Shown in pieces: positions 37,998 to 47,172 of a DNA stretch of 64,000 nt. Numbering within the stretch: position 1 is the first letter of the stretch; the number at the start of each line of letters is the position of its first letter. The notes beneath the pieces are model-generated. The model worked only from the letters and a program-made list of their open reading frames with translations. It had not been told where the DNA came from and searched no databases. The stretch spans positions 198,404 through 262,403 of the forward strand of contig CAVRWD010000003.1 of NCBI GenBank assembly GCA_963724905.1. Reading direction: 5' to 3'. The position numbers and the translations under genes were made by a program. This DNA comes from an uncultured Solirubrobacterales bacterium (GTDB lineage: Bacteria; Actinomycetota; Thermoleophilia; Solirubrobacterales; 70-9).

Positions 37998-39836
37998 ATG
38001 ACTGAAGCAATCCAGATCCTCGCTGCGGAGTCCTCGAAGCCGGCCGGCGGTGCCGCCATCGGCCAAGTGGTGATCGCCACCGGGATGGCGATGGTCGCCA
38101 GCGGCGCGCTGCTGTGGCTGGTCCTCGGGCACCGCTACGGTCGTCGCCCCCACCTCGCGCGCGCCGCCGAATTCGCGGCCGGCAAGAGCGGCATGCCGGG
38201 CTGGGTGGCCCTGCCGCTTGGCATCGCGCTCGTGTCACTGATCGTCGCCCTGCTGGGGATGTACTGGGACATCGCGCTGCACATCGACGTCGGCCGCGAC
38301 GAGGGGCCTCTGGCCAACCCGGCTCATTACCTGATCCTCGCCGGGCTCTTCGGGATCTTCTGCGCCGGCTTCATCGCCATGGCGCTGCCCCGCGAGCGCG
38401 TCTCCGAGACCTCGGTGCGCATCAACAGCGGCTGGTACGCGCCGATGGGCGGCGTGCTGATGATGGTCACCGCTGGTTTCGCGCTGCTCGGCTTCCCGCT
38501 CGACGACTTCTGGCACCGCCTCTTCGGCCAGGACGTGACCCTCTGGGGGCCAACTCACCTGATGCTGATCGGCGGCGCCGGCTTGACCCTGGTCGGGATG
38601 ACTGTGCTGCTGGTGGAGGGACTTCGCGCTGAGGGTCGGGACCAGACGCGCCAGGCCGGCAGCTGGAATGGCTACCTGCGCCGCATCTCGCTGATGGGCG
38701 GCTTCTTGATCGGCCTCTCGACCTTCCAGGCCGAGTTCGACTTCGGGGTGCCGCAGTTCCAGGCCGTCTTTCAGCCGATCATGCTCGGCCTCGCCGCCGG
38801 AATGGCGTTGGTCTGCGCGCGTGTCTGGATCGGCCCCGGTGGCGCGCTCGGCGCCGCAGCCTTCTTCCTCGGGCTGCGAGGCGCGATCTCGATAATCGTC
38901 GGACCGGTGTTCGGCGAGACGATGCCGGCCCTGCCGCTCTATTTGACCGAGGCCGCAGTGGTCGAGCTCGCGGCACTCTGGCTCGTGAGCCGCCCGCTCG
39001 CCCTCGGCGCCGTCTCGGGGCTGGGAATCGGAACGATCGGCTTTGCCGCCGAATACGGCTGGACGCAGCTCGTCTACAGGATTCCCTGGAACGAGAACCT
39101 GCTGCCCGACGGGGTCATCTTCGCCTGCATCGCGGCGGTCGCCGGTGGTGTGATCGGCGCCCTGATGGCGCAGGCGCTGCGCGGCGAGCTGCCGAGTCCG
39201 CCGCTCGCAAGGGCGACGGCTCTCACCTCTCTCGTCGCAGTCGGCGCCCTGGTCGCCTACGGCCTGTCGGAGACGGTTCCGAGCGGCTACAGCGCACAGA
39301 TGCGGATGACCGAGCTCAGCCCGCCGCCCGAGCGCGAGGTTTCAGCACAGGTTCGGGTCGAGCCGGCGAGCGCCGCCGAGGAGGCGCGCTGGCTGAACAT
39401 CACTTCCTGGCAGGGCAGCGGGCTGGTGGTCAACGTGCTGCAGAGAACCGGCGAAGGCACCTACCGTACGACCGAGCCGATCCCCGTCCATGGCGACTGG
39501 AAGGCGACCCTGCGGCTGCAGAGCGGGAGAAGCGTGCTCGGGGTGCCGATCTACTTTCCCGCAGACCCGGCGATCCCGGCCCGGGGCATCGCCGCGACGC
39601 CGCGGATCGAGCGCCCCTTCATCGACGACAAGCAGCTGTTGCAGCGGGAGGTCAAGGATGACGTGCCGAGCTGGCTGACGACGCTGGCGCCGCTGGTCGT
39701 GCTGGCGATCGCGCTCAGCCTGCTGACGGCGCTGGCGCTAGGCCTGGCCCGGCTCGGGCGCCCCGGGCAGCCGCGGGACCCGAAGCACCCGCAATGGCAG
39801 AGGCCGGCGGTGCCGAAGGCGACGCGTACGGCCTGA
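37998..39836 (+). CDS. polytopic membrane protein of unknown function (612 aa)
   Basis: ATG follows AGGGAG. There are 12 or more hydrophobic segments. His-containing motifs are YWDIALHIDVGRDEGPLANPAHYLI and DDFWHRLFGQDVTLWGPTHL. An extracytoplasmic-looking domain of about 110 aa is followed by a last TM helix. Confidence 0.85.
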   Translation: MTEAIQILAAESSKPAGGAAIGQVVIATGMAMVASGALLWLVLGHRYGRRPHLARAAEFAAGKSGMPGWVALPLGIALVSLIVALLGMYWDIALHIDVGRDEGPLANPAHYLILAGLFGIFCAGFIAMALPRERVSETSVRINSGWYAPMGGVLMMVTAGFALLGFPLDDFWHRLFGQDVTLWGPTHLMLIGGAGLTLVGMTVLLVEGLRAEGRDQTRQAGSWNGYLRRISLMGGFLIGLSTFQAEFDFGVPQFQAVFQPIMLGLAAGMALVCARVWIGPGGALGAAAFFLGLRGAISIIVGPVFGETMPALPLYLTEAAVVELAALWLVSRPLALGAVSGLGIGTIGFAAEYGWTQLVYRIPWNENLLPDGVIFACIAAVAGGVIGALMAQALRGELPSPPLARATALTSLVAVGALVAYGLSETVPSGYSAQMRMTELSPPPEREVSAQVRVEPASAAEEARWLNITSWQGSGLVVNVLQRTGEGTYRTTEPIPVHGDWKATLRLQSGRSVLGVPIYFPADPAIPARGIAATPRIERPFIDDKQLLQREVKDDVPSWLTTLAPLVVLAIALSLLTALALGLARLGRPGQPRDPKHPQWQRPAVPKATRTA

Positions 39837-39871
39837 GGCGCGGGCTGCAATCTAGAATCGACGCTCCCCGC

Positions 39872-39953
39872 GGGGGAGTATCCAAGAGGTCAAAGGACGG
39901 CGGCTGTAAACCGTCTGGCTCTGCCTTCGCAGGTTCGACTCCTGCCTCCCCCA
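39872..39953 (+). tRNA. tRNA-Tyr (anticodon GTA), long variable arm
   Basis: GGGGGAG TA TCCAAGAGGTCAAAGGAC GGCGG CTGTAAA CCGTC TGGCTCTGCCTTC GCAGG TTCGACT CCTGC CTCCCCC A. TAGAAT lies 13 nt upstream. Confidence 0.9.
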
Positions 39954-40136
39954 TCTCAGCTTCGACCGGTAAACGCCGGCCGCGGCCCGGACGCCTCGCT
40001 CCCGGAAGCCGGGGGTTGGTCGTCTCTCAGCCCAGGCAGGAACCGAAAACGTTCGGTGAAAGCTGCCGGGCTCCGGGCCAGGCCGGCTCGTGCTGCGGAG
40101 GGAAGCGTACCCCCGGGGGCACACCCTCCGTCGCGG

Positions 40137-41228
40137 CTAGCCCGCCTCGCGCAGGACCTGGGCTTCGGGCAGCTGCTTGAGCTTCTTCAGGGTGTTGTTC
40201 TCGATCTGGCGGATCCGCTCTCTGGTCACGCCAAAGGCCTGCCCGACCTCCTCCAGGGTGAGCGGCTCCATCCCGGAAAGCCCGTAGCGAAGCTCGATCA
40301 CCTGGCGCTCGCGGTCGGGTAGGACGTCCAGCGCCTTGTGGACTCCCTCGCGCTGCAGGTGCTCGCTCGCCTCCTCGAATGGCTCGCTCACGCCCTCGTC
40401 GGCGACGAAGTCGCCGAGCTCGGACTCGTCCTCGTCTCCGACCGGCTTCTCGAGCGAGATCGGAAGCTGCGACACGCGCAGGATGTCGCGAACCTCGCGC
40501 ACCGTCCAGCGCAGCTCGTCGCCGATCTCCTCCGGCTCTGGCTCACGGCCGAGGCGCTGCACGAGCTGGCGCTCCACGTGCGCAACCCGGTTGAGCTTCT
40601 CGACCATGTGCACCGGAATGCGGATCGTGCGCGCCTTGTCGGCGATCGCCCGCGTCACCGCCTGGCGGATCCACCAGGTCGCATAGGTCGAGAACTTGTA
40701 GCCGCGGCGGTAGTCGAACTTCTCCACCGCCCGGATGAGCCCCAGCGAACCCTCCTGGATCAAATCCAGAAAGCTCAGCCCGCGCCCCAGGTATCCCTTG
40801 GCAATCGAGACCACGAGCCGCAGGTTGGCCTCCACCATCTGGCGCTTGGCGGTCATGTCGCCGCGCTCGATGCGCTTCGCCAGCGCGACCTCTTGCTCGG
40901 CGGTCAGCAGATCGACCTTGCCGATCGAGCGCAGATAGAGGCGCAACGAGTCGAGGCTCGGCTCGACCGTAAGGTCGAGCTCCGGTCGCTTCCGCGCTTC
41001 TGACGCGGCGACCTTCTGCTCCTTGTAGGCGCTCACGCCGTCTTCGGCGATCACGTCAACCCCGTGCTCGATCAGGTGAGCGTGAAGCTGGGAGACCTGC
41101 TCCTTGCTGACGTCGACCTCTTCCAGCGTCGAGGCGATGTGCTCGAAGGTGAGATACCCCTGGTCACGACCGAGTGAGATCAGTCCACGCAGCTCGTCCG
41201 AGTCGACGAACGTCGTGTCAGCCGGCAC
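40137..41228 (-). CDS. sigA: RNA polymerase principal sigma factor (RpoD/SigA-like)
   Basis: Regions 1.2-4.2 are recognisable (...[22 protein letters not shown]...[34 protein letters not shown]...[20 protein letters not shown]). The maximal ORF starts at GTG 41309. Codons 1-27 have atypically low GC3, so GTG 41228 (after AGGGA) is preferred. Confidence 0.88.
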   Translation of the reverse strand: MPADTTFVDSDELRGLISLGRDQGYLTFEHIASTLEEVDVSKEQVSQLHAHLIEHGVDVIAEDGVSAYKEQKVAASEARKRPELDLTVEPSLDSLRLYLRSIGKVDLLTAEQEVALAKRIERGDMTAKRQMVEANLRLVVSIAKGYLGRGLSFLDLIQEGSLGLIRAVEKFDYRRGYKFSTYATWWIRQAVTRAIADKARTIRIPVHMVEKLNRVAHVERQLVQRLGREPEPEEIGDELRWTVREVRDILRVSQLPISLEKPVGDEDESELGDFVADEGVSEPFEEASEHLQREGVHKALDVLPDRERQVIELRYGLSGMEPLTLEEVGQAFGVTRERIRQIENNTLKKLKQLPEAQVLREAG

Positions 41229-41356
41229 TGTCCCTAACTGCTCGATTCTGCTCTGCACTCCCCAGTCGCCAAGAAAATCCCATCCCCCCGAAAAAGCCGA
41301 GCTAATCACGCTCAGCGGGCGCCGAGTATAGAGCCGGCCCGCTTTCCCTACCCTCC

Positions 41357-42463
41357 ATGGTGATGGGCAGCAGCGAAACGACCATTTCTCCCGCCGGGGG
41401 CGACGTGCAGGCCGGGCGCCCGGCCACCGAGGTCAGCCTCTCGCGGGTCGGCGTGACCGGGGTCGAGAAGGTGCTGCGGGTGAAGTCGAACGGCTCAGAG
41501 GAGCTCTTCCACGCGGAGCTCGAGTGCTTCGTCGACCTCGAGCCCCGGCAGGCCGGCGTCCACATGTCACGCTTCGAGGAGATCGTCGGCGAGGCGATCG
41601 ACGAGGTCGTGCTCGGCGAGGCCTTCCGCGCCGAGACCCTCGCCGCCCACATCGCCGAGCGGGTCCGCGAGCGCCAGGGAGGCAGGCGCTCGGAGGTCAG
41701 GGTCTCGGCCCACTACCCCGAGACCGTCGTCACGCCCGTGTCGGGGAAGCAGACGCAGGAGATCTACACCCTCTTCGGCACCGCGGTCGTCTCCGACGCG
41801 GGCCTTCGCATGCTGCGCGGCGTCCAGGCCCAGGGAATGACGGCCTGCCCCTGCGCGCAGGGGATGGTCGGCGACCTCGCACGCGAGCGGCTGGCCGAAA
41901 GCGGCTTCGACGCCGACGCGATCGAGCAGGTGCTGGAAGCGGTGCCGATCGCGACCCACAACCAGCGCGGGATCGGGACCCTGTACGTCGGCTGCCCCGA
42001 AGGCTGGCCGGCCGATATCGACGCCCGCGAGCTCCTGCGGATCGTCGAGGAGTCGATGAGCTCGGAGATCTACGGCCTGCTGAAGCGGCCCGACGAGCTC
42101 GCCGTGGTCGAGAAGGCGCACTCGCAGCCGCGCTTCGTCGAGGACTGCGCGCGGGAGATGATCCGGCGCGTCATCGAGGCCTACCCCGACCTGCACGACG
42201 ACGCCTTCGTGATGGCCCGCCAGGAGAACCTGGAGACGATCCACCGCCACAACGTGGTCGCCGAGCGCTACGGCGCGATCGCGGAGCTGCGCCGCGAGCT
42301 CGAGACCGGCGAGCACTCGCCGCATCACCTGACGATGCGCGAGTGGCTCGAGGCTCCGCCGCCTAGCCGCGGCTCGGTCTCAGCAAGCCGTCGGCCTGCC
42401 GGCTCCGCTCCGGGTGCTCGGCCATTCGCCGCCGCAGGCCGAAGAAGTAGTCGGCGCCGCTGA
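41357..42463 (+). CDS. folE2: GTP cyclohydrolase I type 2 (FolE2/MptA family)
   Basis: 368-aa ORF containing ...[12 protein letters not shown]...GVHMSRFEE...ACPCAQGM...ATHNQRG... The last ~35 codons overlap convergent pgsA, so the 3' end is uncertain. Confidence 0.82.
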   Translation: MVMGSSETTISPAGGDVQAGRPATEVSLSRVGVTGVEKVLRVKSNGSEELFHAELECFVDLEPRQAGVHMSRFEEIVGEAIDEVVLGEAFRAETLAAHIAERVRERQGGRRSEVRVSAHYPETVVTPVSGKQTQEIYTLFGTAVVSDAGLRMLRGVQAQGMTACPCAQGMVGDLARERLAESGFDADAIEQVLEAVPIATHNQRGIGTLYVGCPEGWPADIDARELLRIVEESMSSEIYGLLKRPDELAVVEKAHSQPRFVEDCAREMIRRVIEAYPDLHDDAFVMARQENLETIHRHNVVAERYGAIAELRRELETGEHSPHHLTMREWLEAPPPSRGSVSASRRPAGSAPGARPFAAAGRRSSRRR

Positions 42464-42945
42464 TCAGCGTCATCGCCACCGCCACGATAGACCAGGCCGT
42501 CGACCCAGAGCGGCGCCGGATCGGTCGCGATCAGGGCGAACACCGCGGCCACCTGGAGGATCGTCTTCGCCTTGCCCAGCCAGCTGGCGGAGATCACGAT
42601 CCCGCGCTCGGCCGCCACCGCGCGCAACCCCGTGACCGCGAGCTCGCGGGCGATGATCACCATCGCCACCCAGGCCGCGAGGCGATCGAGCGAGACCAGC
42701 GAGACCAGCGCGGCGACGATCAGCAGCTTGTCGGCCAGCGGGTCCATCAGCTTGCCGAACGTCGTCACCGCATCGCGAGAGCGGGCGAAGTAGCCATCGA
42801 GGCCGTCGGTCAGCGCGGCGAGCGCGAACACCCCGGCGGCAAGCGCGTCGCCGTTCGGCGTCTCGTCGAGCAGGGCGACGACGATCACCGGGACGGCGAG
42901 GATCCGCAGCACCGTGAGCACGTTGGGCAGGTTGAGCGGGAACAC
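42363..42945 (-). pseudogene. pgsA: CDP-alcohol phosphatidyltransferase (PgsA-like), one extra base as assembled
   Basis: LPNVLTVLRILAVP...DGLDGYFARSRDAVTTFGKLMDPLADK...PLWVDGLV, then a break at about 42485-42491, then [40 protein letters not shown] (TAG 42363-42365). Confidence 0.85.
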
Positions 42946-43058
42946 GCTAGGCCCGGAGTCGTGAGATCACGCGCCAAGTATGACCGCGCCGCGGTCAGCC
43001 CCGGGAAGCGGACCTGCCGGCTCCCGCCCGGCGACCGTCTCGCGCATGATTGGGGTTG

Positions 43059-43758
43059 ATGGCGAGCAAGCTCACCGGGAAAAGACCTCGACTCGCTCGC
43101 CGGCCGCATCCACGGCTGCCGCCGCTGCCCGCGGCTGGTCCAGTGGCGCGAGGCGGTCGCCGCCGACCCGCCGCGCCGCTACCAGGGCGAGCAGTACTGG
43201 GCGCGACCCGTGAGCGGGTTCGGCGACCCGGCCGCGGCCGTGGTGGTAATCGGACTGGCGCCCGCGGCCAACGGCGCCAACCGCACCGGCCGCGTGTTCA
43301 CCGGCGACCGCTCCGGCGACTGGCTGTTCGCCTCCATGCACAGGACCGGCTTCGCCAACCAGCCAACCTCCGAGCACCCCGGTGACGGGCTGCGGCTGCG
43401 GGGGGCCTGGGTCACGGCGGTCAACCGCTGCGCCCCGCCCGCCAACCGGCCCACGCCAGAGGAGCGCGACACCTGCCTTCCCTACCTGCAGCGCGAGCTC
43501 GAGCTGCTGTCAGGCGCCAAGGTGCTGATGGCGCTCGGAAGCTTTGGCTGGGACGGGGCCCTGCGCGCGATCCGGGCGCTCGGCGAGGAGGTCCCCAGCC
43601 CCAAGCCCCGCTTCGGCCACGGCGCCGAGGCGCGGGCCGGCCGCTGGTCGCTCCTCGGCTGCTTTCACCCCAGCCAGCAGAACACGTTCACCGGCAAGCT
43701 CACCGAGCCGATGATGGACGCCGCCTTTGAGCGGGCGAGGGAGCTGGCCTCCGAATAG
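43059..43758 (+). pseudogene. uracil-DNA glycosylase, family 5-like (Fe-S type), one extra base as assembled
   Basis: ATG 43059 gives MASKLTGK, followed by AAAA at 43080-43083 (one A too many). The protein then reads DLDSLAGRIHGCRRCPRLVQWRE...GFGDPAAAVVVIGLAPAANGANRTGRVFTGDRSGDWL... Confidence 0.8.
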
Positions 43759-43771
43759 CGATACTCCCCGC

Positions 43772-44260
43772 GTGGCAGATCCCAAGCCGGCCGCAGAATC
43801 GGAGTCGATCCTCGTCCGCTGGATGGGAATCGGGGACGCCAACGCGGCGGGCTTCGTGCACGGAGGGGTCGTGATGCGGCTCTGCGACGAGGCGGCCGGA
43901 ATCGCCGCGATCCGTCACTGCGGGCTTCGCATCGTCACCGCGGCGATGGACCGGATGACGTTCGCCAGCCCGATCCACATCGCCGAGCTGGTCACCTGCC
44001 GGGCAAAGGTCAACGCGGCCTGGACCACCTCGATGGAGGTCGGGGTCCGGGTCGAGGCCGAGAACCCGCGCAGCGGCGACGTCCGCCACACCTCGACCGC
44101 CTACCTGACGATGGTGGCGCTCGACGAGGACGGGCGGCCGACTCCGGTGCCCGGCCTCGCGGCGGAGGGCGAGGACGAGGTCCGCCGCCAGCGCGAGGCC
44201 GAGCTGCGGCGCAGCAACCGCCTCGCCGAGCGCGACGAGATCCTCGGCGGGCGCGGCTGA
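43772..44260 (+). CDS. acyl-CoA thioesterase (hotdog fold)
   Basis: GTG 43772 lies after the UDG stop. The protein contains ...NAAGFVHGGVVMRLCDEAAGIAAIRH...VTAAMDRMTF... Confidence 0.8.
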   Translation: MADPKPAAESESILVRWMGIGDANAAGFVHGGVVMRLCDEAAGIAAIRHCGLRIVTAAMDRMTFASPIHIAELVTCRAKVNAAWTTSMEVGVRVEAENPRSGDVRHTSTAYLTMVALDEDGRPTPVPGLAAEGEDEVRRQREAELRRSNRLAERDEILGGRG

Positions 44261-44261
44261 C

Positions 44262-44843
44262 TCAGCCTCGTCGCTCGCGGCTCGGGACGAGGAAGAGCAC
44301 CGCCCAGACGAGGATCGCCGCCAACGGGCTCAGCACCGCGACTGGGATCGAGACCCCAAAGACGATCGCGCCGGCGAAGTTGCGCAAGCGGATCGGGCTC
44401 TTCACGTAATCGACGAACTCCGGGGTGGTGATCCCCGCCCGCGCGGCGTAGAGGAACATCAGGCCGCCGACCAGGTTCGTGATCGAGAGGTTGGCCGCGT
44501 AGAGGATCACCCCGGCCTCGGTGTCGCCGTAGTCGCCGAGCACCTCGCTGGAGAAGGGGATCAGGACCACCAGGCCGAGGTAGACCAGGTTGAGCCCCAT
44601 CAGCCGGGCGTCGAAGCTGGTGACGTCGCCGAAGAAGCGGTGGTGGACGAGCCAGAGGCGGCCGATCACCGCGAAGCTGAGCGCGTAGGCGAGCAGATCT
44701 CCCTTCTGATCGAGCAGCGCGTCGCCGAGATGCTCGCCTGGGCGCAGCTGCTCGGGGATGTCGATCTGCAGCACCAGGAGCGTGATCGCGATCGCGAAGA
44801 CGCCGTCGCTGAAGGCGACGATGCGCGGCGAACTCCACCCCAC
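44262..44843 (-). CDS. TMEM175/DUF1211-family potassium-channel-like membrane protein
   Basis: 193-aa ORF with the hallmark RIVAFSDGVFAIAITLLVL and six hydrophobic segments. Confidence 0.85.
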   Translation of the reverse strand: MGWSSPRIVAFSDGVFAIAITLLVLQIDIPEQLRPGEHLGDALLDQKGDLLAYALSFAVIGRLWLVHHRFFGDVTSFDARLMGLNLVYLGLVVLIPFSSEVLGDYGDTEAGVILYAANLSITNLVGGLMFLYAARAGITTPEFVDYVKSPIRLRNFAGAIVFGVSIPVAVLSPLAAILVWAVLFLVPSRERRG

Positions 44844-44947
44844 GCTCCTCGCGCCCCCAGCGTCCCTTTGCGTGTCTGGCCTCGGCTTCGACGAGCCAAT
44901 GATCGGGGACTGCGAAGACAGATCCCGCGCCTAGAATGCAGCCACCG

Positions 44948-45020
44948 GCCGGCGTAGCTCAGCTGGTAGAGCACTTCATTCGTAATGAAGGGGTCAGCGG
45001 TTCGAGTCCGCTCGCCGGCT
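44948..45020 (+). tRNA. tRNA-Thr (anticodon CGT)
   Basis: GCCGGCG TA GCTC AGCTGGTA GAGC A CTTCA TTCGTAA TGAAG GGGTC AGCGG TTCGAGT CCGCT CGCCGGC T. TAGAAT lies 10 nt upstream. Confidence 0.93.
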
Positions 45021-45049
45021 TTCCGCGTCGCTCCGTTACCGTTTGACCC

Positions 45050-45475
45050 TTGAAGAAGCTCTGTCTCACACTCCTGATCACCGCCGCCGCATTGGCGCCG
45101 GCCGCCGCCGTCGGCGCCGCTCCCTCCGCCGGGGATCAGGCAACCGCATCGGCCGGCATCGTCTCGATCCCCGTCACTGAGCGGCTGAACGCGCGATCGA
45201 AGCTGCGGGTTCCGATCCGCTGCACGGTCATCTGCGACGTGGTCACCACCTTCACCCTGCGGCTGCCGGGGCCGAACATCGGACCTCGCTCGTTGCCGGG
45301 CACCCTGGATCCCGCGGCCCCGCAGGACCTGGTGATCGACCTCAACAACGCGGCGACCCGGACCCTGAAGGACAGCATCGGCGTCAGCAAGCTGAAGGTG
45401 AAGGCCAGAGCGACCGATCCGGCCACCGGCGCGGTCAACTTCGCCCGCAAGACGCTGCGCTTCAAGCAGCCCTGA
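45050..45475 (+). CDS. small secreted hypothetical protein
   Basis: 141-aa ORF (TTG start) with signal peptide MKKLCLTLLITAAALAPAAAVGA. The C-terminus ...VSKLKVKARATDPATGAVNFARKTLRFK resembles the tail of the 20750-22041 protein. Confidence 0.6.
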   Translation: MKKLCLTLLITAAALAPAAAVGAAPSAGDQATASAGIVSIPVTERLNARSKLRVPIRCTVICDVVTTFTLRLPGPNIGPRSLPGTLDPAAPQDLVIDLNNAATRTLKDSIGVSKLKVKARATDPATGAVNFARKTLRFKQP

Positions 45476-45482
45476 GTGCTCT

Positions 45483-45956
45483 ATGTCGGTCTGCCGCAGC
45501 CAAGCGCTGATCAACGCCTCCCCTGAGCGGGTCTGGGACCTGGTCGGCGATCCACGCCGCCATCCAGAATGGTGGCCGCGGGTGGTCGAGGTGCACGGGG
45601 ACCAGATCGAGGAGGGAGCCAACTACGCCCAGGTCACCAAGGCTCCGGGGTGGGTGCATGCGACGACGATGCGCATCGAACTGCTCGACGACCTCCGCGA
45701 GATCCGAATGCGGTGCCTGGACACCGGCATGCATGCGCGCTGGCTGCTGACCGAGGCCCGCGGCGATACCTTCGTCGACGTCGAGATGGGCATGGATCCG
45801 GTCAACACGAGGTTCCGGGTCTTCGACGCGACGCTCGGCAGCCTCTACTTCCGCCGCTGGCTGGATCAGTCGCTCAACGCACTTGAGGAGGTCGCGGCCG
45901 ACCCTGACGGCGAGGCCAATGATCTGGTGACGCAGCGGAATACCTCGGCTCAGTAG
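45483..45956 (+). CDS. SRPBCC (START/polyketide-cyclase-like) family protein, copy 1
   Basis: 157-aa ORF MSVCRSQALINASPERVWDLVGDPRRHPEWWPRV... Confidence 0.8.
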   Translation: MSVCRSQALINASPERVWDLVGDPRRHPEWWPRVVEVHGDQIEEGANYAQVTKAPGWVHATTMRIELLDDLREIRMRCLDTGMHARWLLTEARGDTFVDVEMGMDPVNTRFRVFDATLGSLYFRRWLDQSLNALEEVAADPDGEANDLVTQRNTSAQ

Positions 45957-45991
45957 GCGCTGAGCCGGTTGGTGTCACACTCCGGGAGTCG

Positions 45992-46444
45992 ATGTCGGTC
46001 TGCCGCAACCAGGCGCTGATAAATGCGTCTCCGCAGAGGGTCTGGGACCTGGTCGGAGACCCGAAGCGCCACCCGGATTGGTGGCCGCGGGTGATCGAGG
46101 TGCGCGGCGAGCGCTTCGACGAAGGCGACACCTATGCCCAGGTCACCAAGGACCCCACCGGCTCGATCGAGACCACGATGTCGGTGGAGCGCCTCGACGA
46201 CCTGCGTGAGATACAGATGCGCTGTGAGACCACCGGCACCTACGCGCGCTGGCTGCTGACCGAGGCGCAGGGCGGCACATTCGTCGACGTCGAGTTCGGC
46301 ATGGACCCGAAGGGGGCGAGGAACTGGATCTTCGACGCCACCCTCGGCAAGCTCTACTTCCGCCGCTGGCTGGACCAGTCGCTGAGCGCGCTGGAGCAGG
46401 TCGCCGCCGACTCTGAGAGCGCGTCCAGGCCTAGCGGTCGTTGA
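45992..46444 (+). CDS. SRPBCC family protein, copy 2 (tandem paralog)
   Basis: 150-aa ORF MSVCRNQALINASPQRVWDLVGDPKRHPDWWPRV..., colinear with copy 1 at the protein and DNA level. Confidence 0.8.
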   Translation: MSVCRNQALINASPQRVWDLVGDPKRHPDWWPRVIEVRGERFDEGDTYAQVTKDPTGSIETTMSVERLDDLREIQMRCETTGTYARWLLTEAQGGTFVDVEFGMDPKGARNWIFDATLGKLYFRRWLDQSLSALEQVAADSESASRPSGR

Positions 46445-47138
46445 ACTTGTAGCCGACCCCGCGCACCGTGACCACGAGATCGGGGCGCTGCGCGTCGACC
46501 TCGACCTTCTGCCGCAGGTTGGAGATGTGGACGTCGCAGGCGCGCACGTCGCCGTCGAACTCGGTCTGCCAGAGCTCCTCCATGATCTGGTGGCGGCGGA
46601 ACACCTCGCCCGGGCGGCCGGCGAGCAGGCGCAGTAGCTGAAACTCCGAGCGGGTGAGGCTGACCGGCTCCCCGCGCACGGTGACGACGTGGCGCACGAG
46701 GTCGATCGTCACCGGCCCGCTCTCGATCCGCGTCGCCTCGGCCCCGTCGCCGCTCGGCATGCGGTCGAGCTCGCGACGGCGCAGCTGCGCACGGACCCGG
46801 CCCAGCAGCTCGCGGACCGAGAACGGCTTGGTCACGTAGTCGTCAGCGCCGACCTCGAGCCCGACCACCTTGTCGACCTCGGCGTCCTTGGCGGTGAGGA
46901 TGATGATCGGCACCGCGCTGCGCGCACGAACCTCGCGGCAGAGGTCGAGGCCGCTGCGGCCCGGCATCATGATGTCGAGGATCAGCAGGTCGAAAGGCAT
47001 CTCGCCGGTCAGCTTCGACTCGGCATCTGTGCCGTCGACCGCGGGCGTCACCTCATATCCCTCCTGCTGCAGCGCGTAGGTGACCGAATCGCGCACCGAC
47101 GGCTCGTCGTCGGCGATCAGGATGCGGCCGGAGCTCAC
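46431..47138 (-). CDS. OmpR/PhoB-family response regulator
   Basis: 235-aa ORF with receiver motifs (ILIADDEP...LLILDIMMPG...LTAK) and a winged-helix C-terminus (...LTRSEFQLLRLL...VRGVGYKF). Confidence 0.93.
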   Translation of the reverse strand: MSSGRILIADDEPSVRDSVTYALQQEGYEVTPAVDGTDAESKLTGEMPFDLLILDIMMPGRSGLDLCREVRARSAVPIIILTAKDAEVDKVVGLEVGADDYVTKPFSVRELLGRVRAQLRRRELDRMPSGDGAEATRIESGPVTIDLVRHVVTVRGEPVSLTRSEFQLLRLLAGRPGEVFRRHQIMEELWQTEFDGDVRACDVHISNLRQKVEVDAQRPDLVVTVRGVGYKFNDR

Positions 47139-47172
47139 AGCAGTCCCTCATTCGCTGGAAGCGATCGATCCA

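Noticed and set aside
39863-39878. Palindrome CTCCCCGCGGGGAG after the 612-aa membrane gene, considered as its terminator.
   Set aside because: Its right half is the acceptor stem of tRNA-Tyr, and the loop would be only 2 nt. It is probably coincidental.
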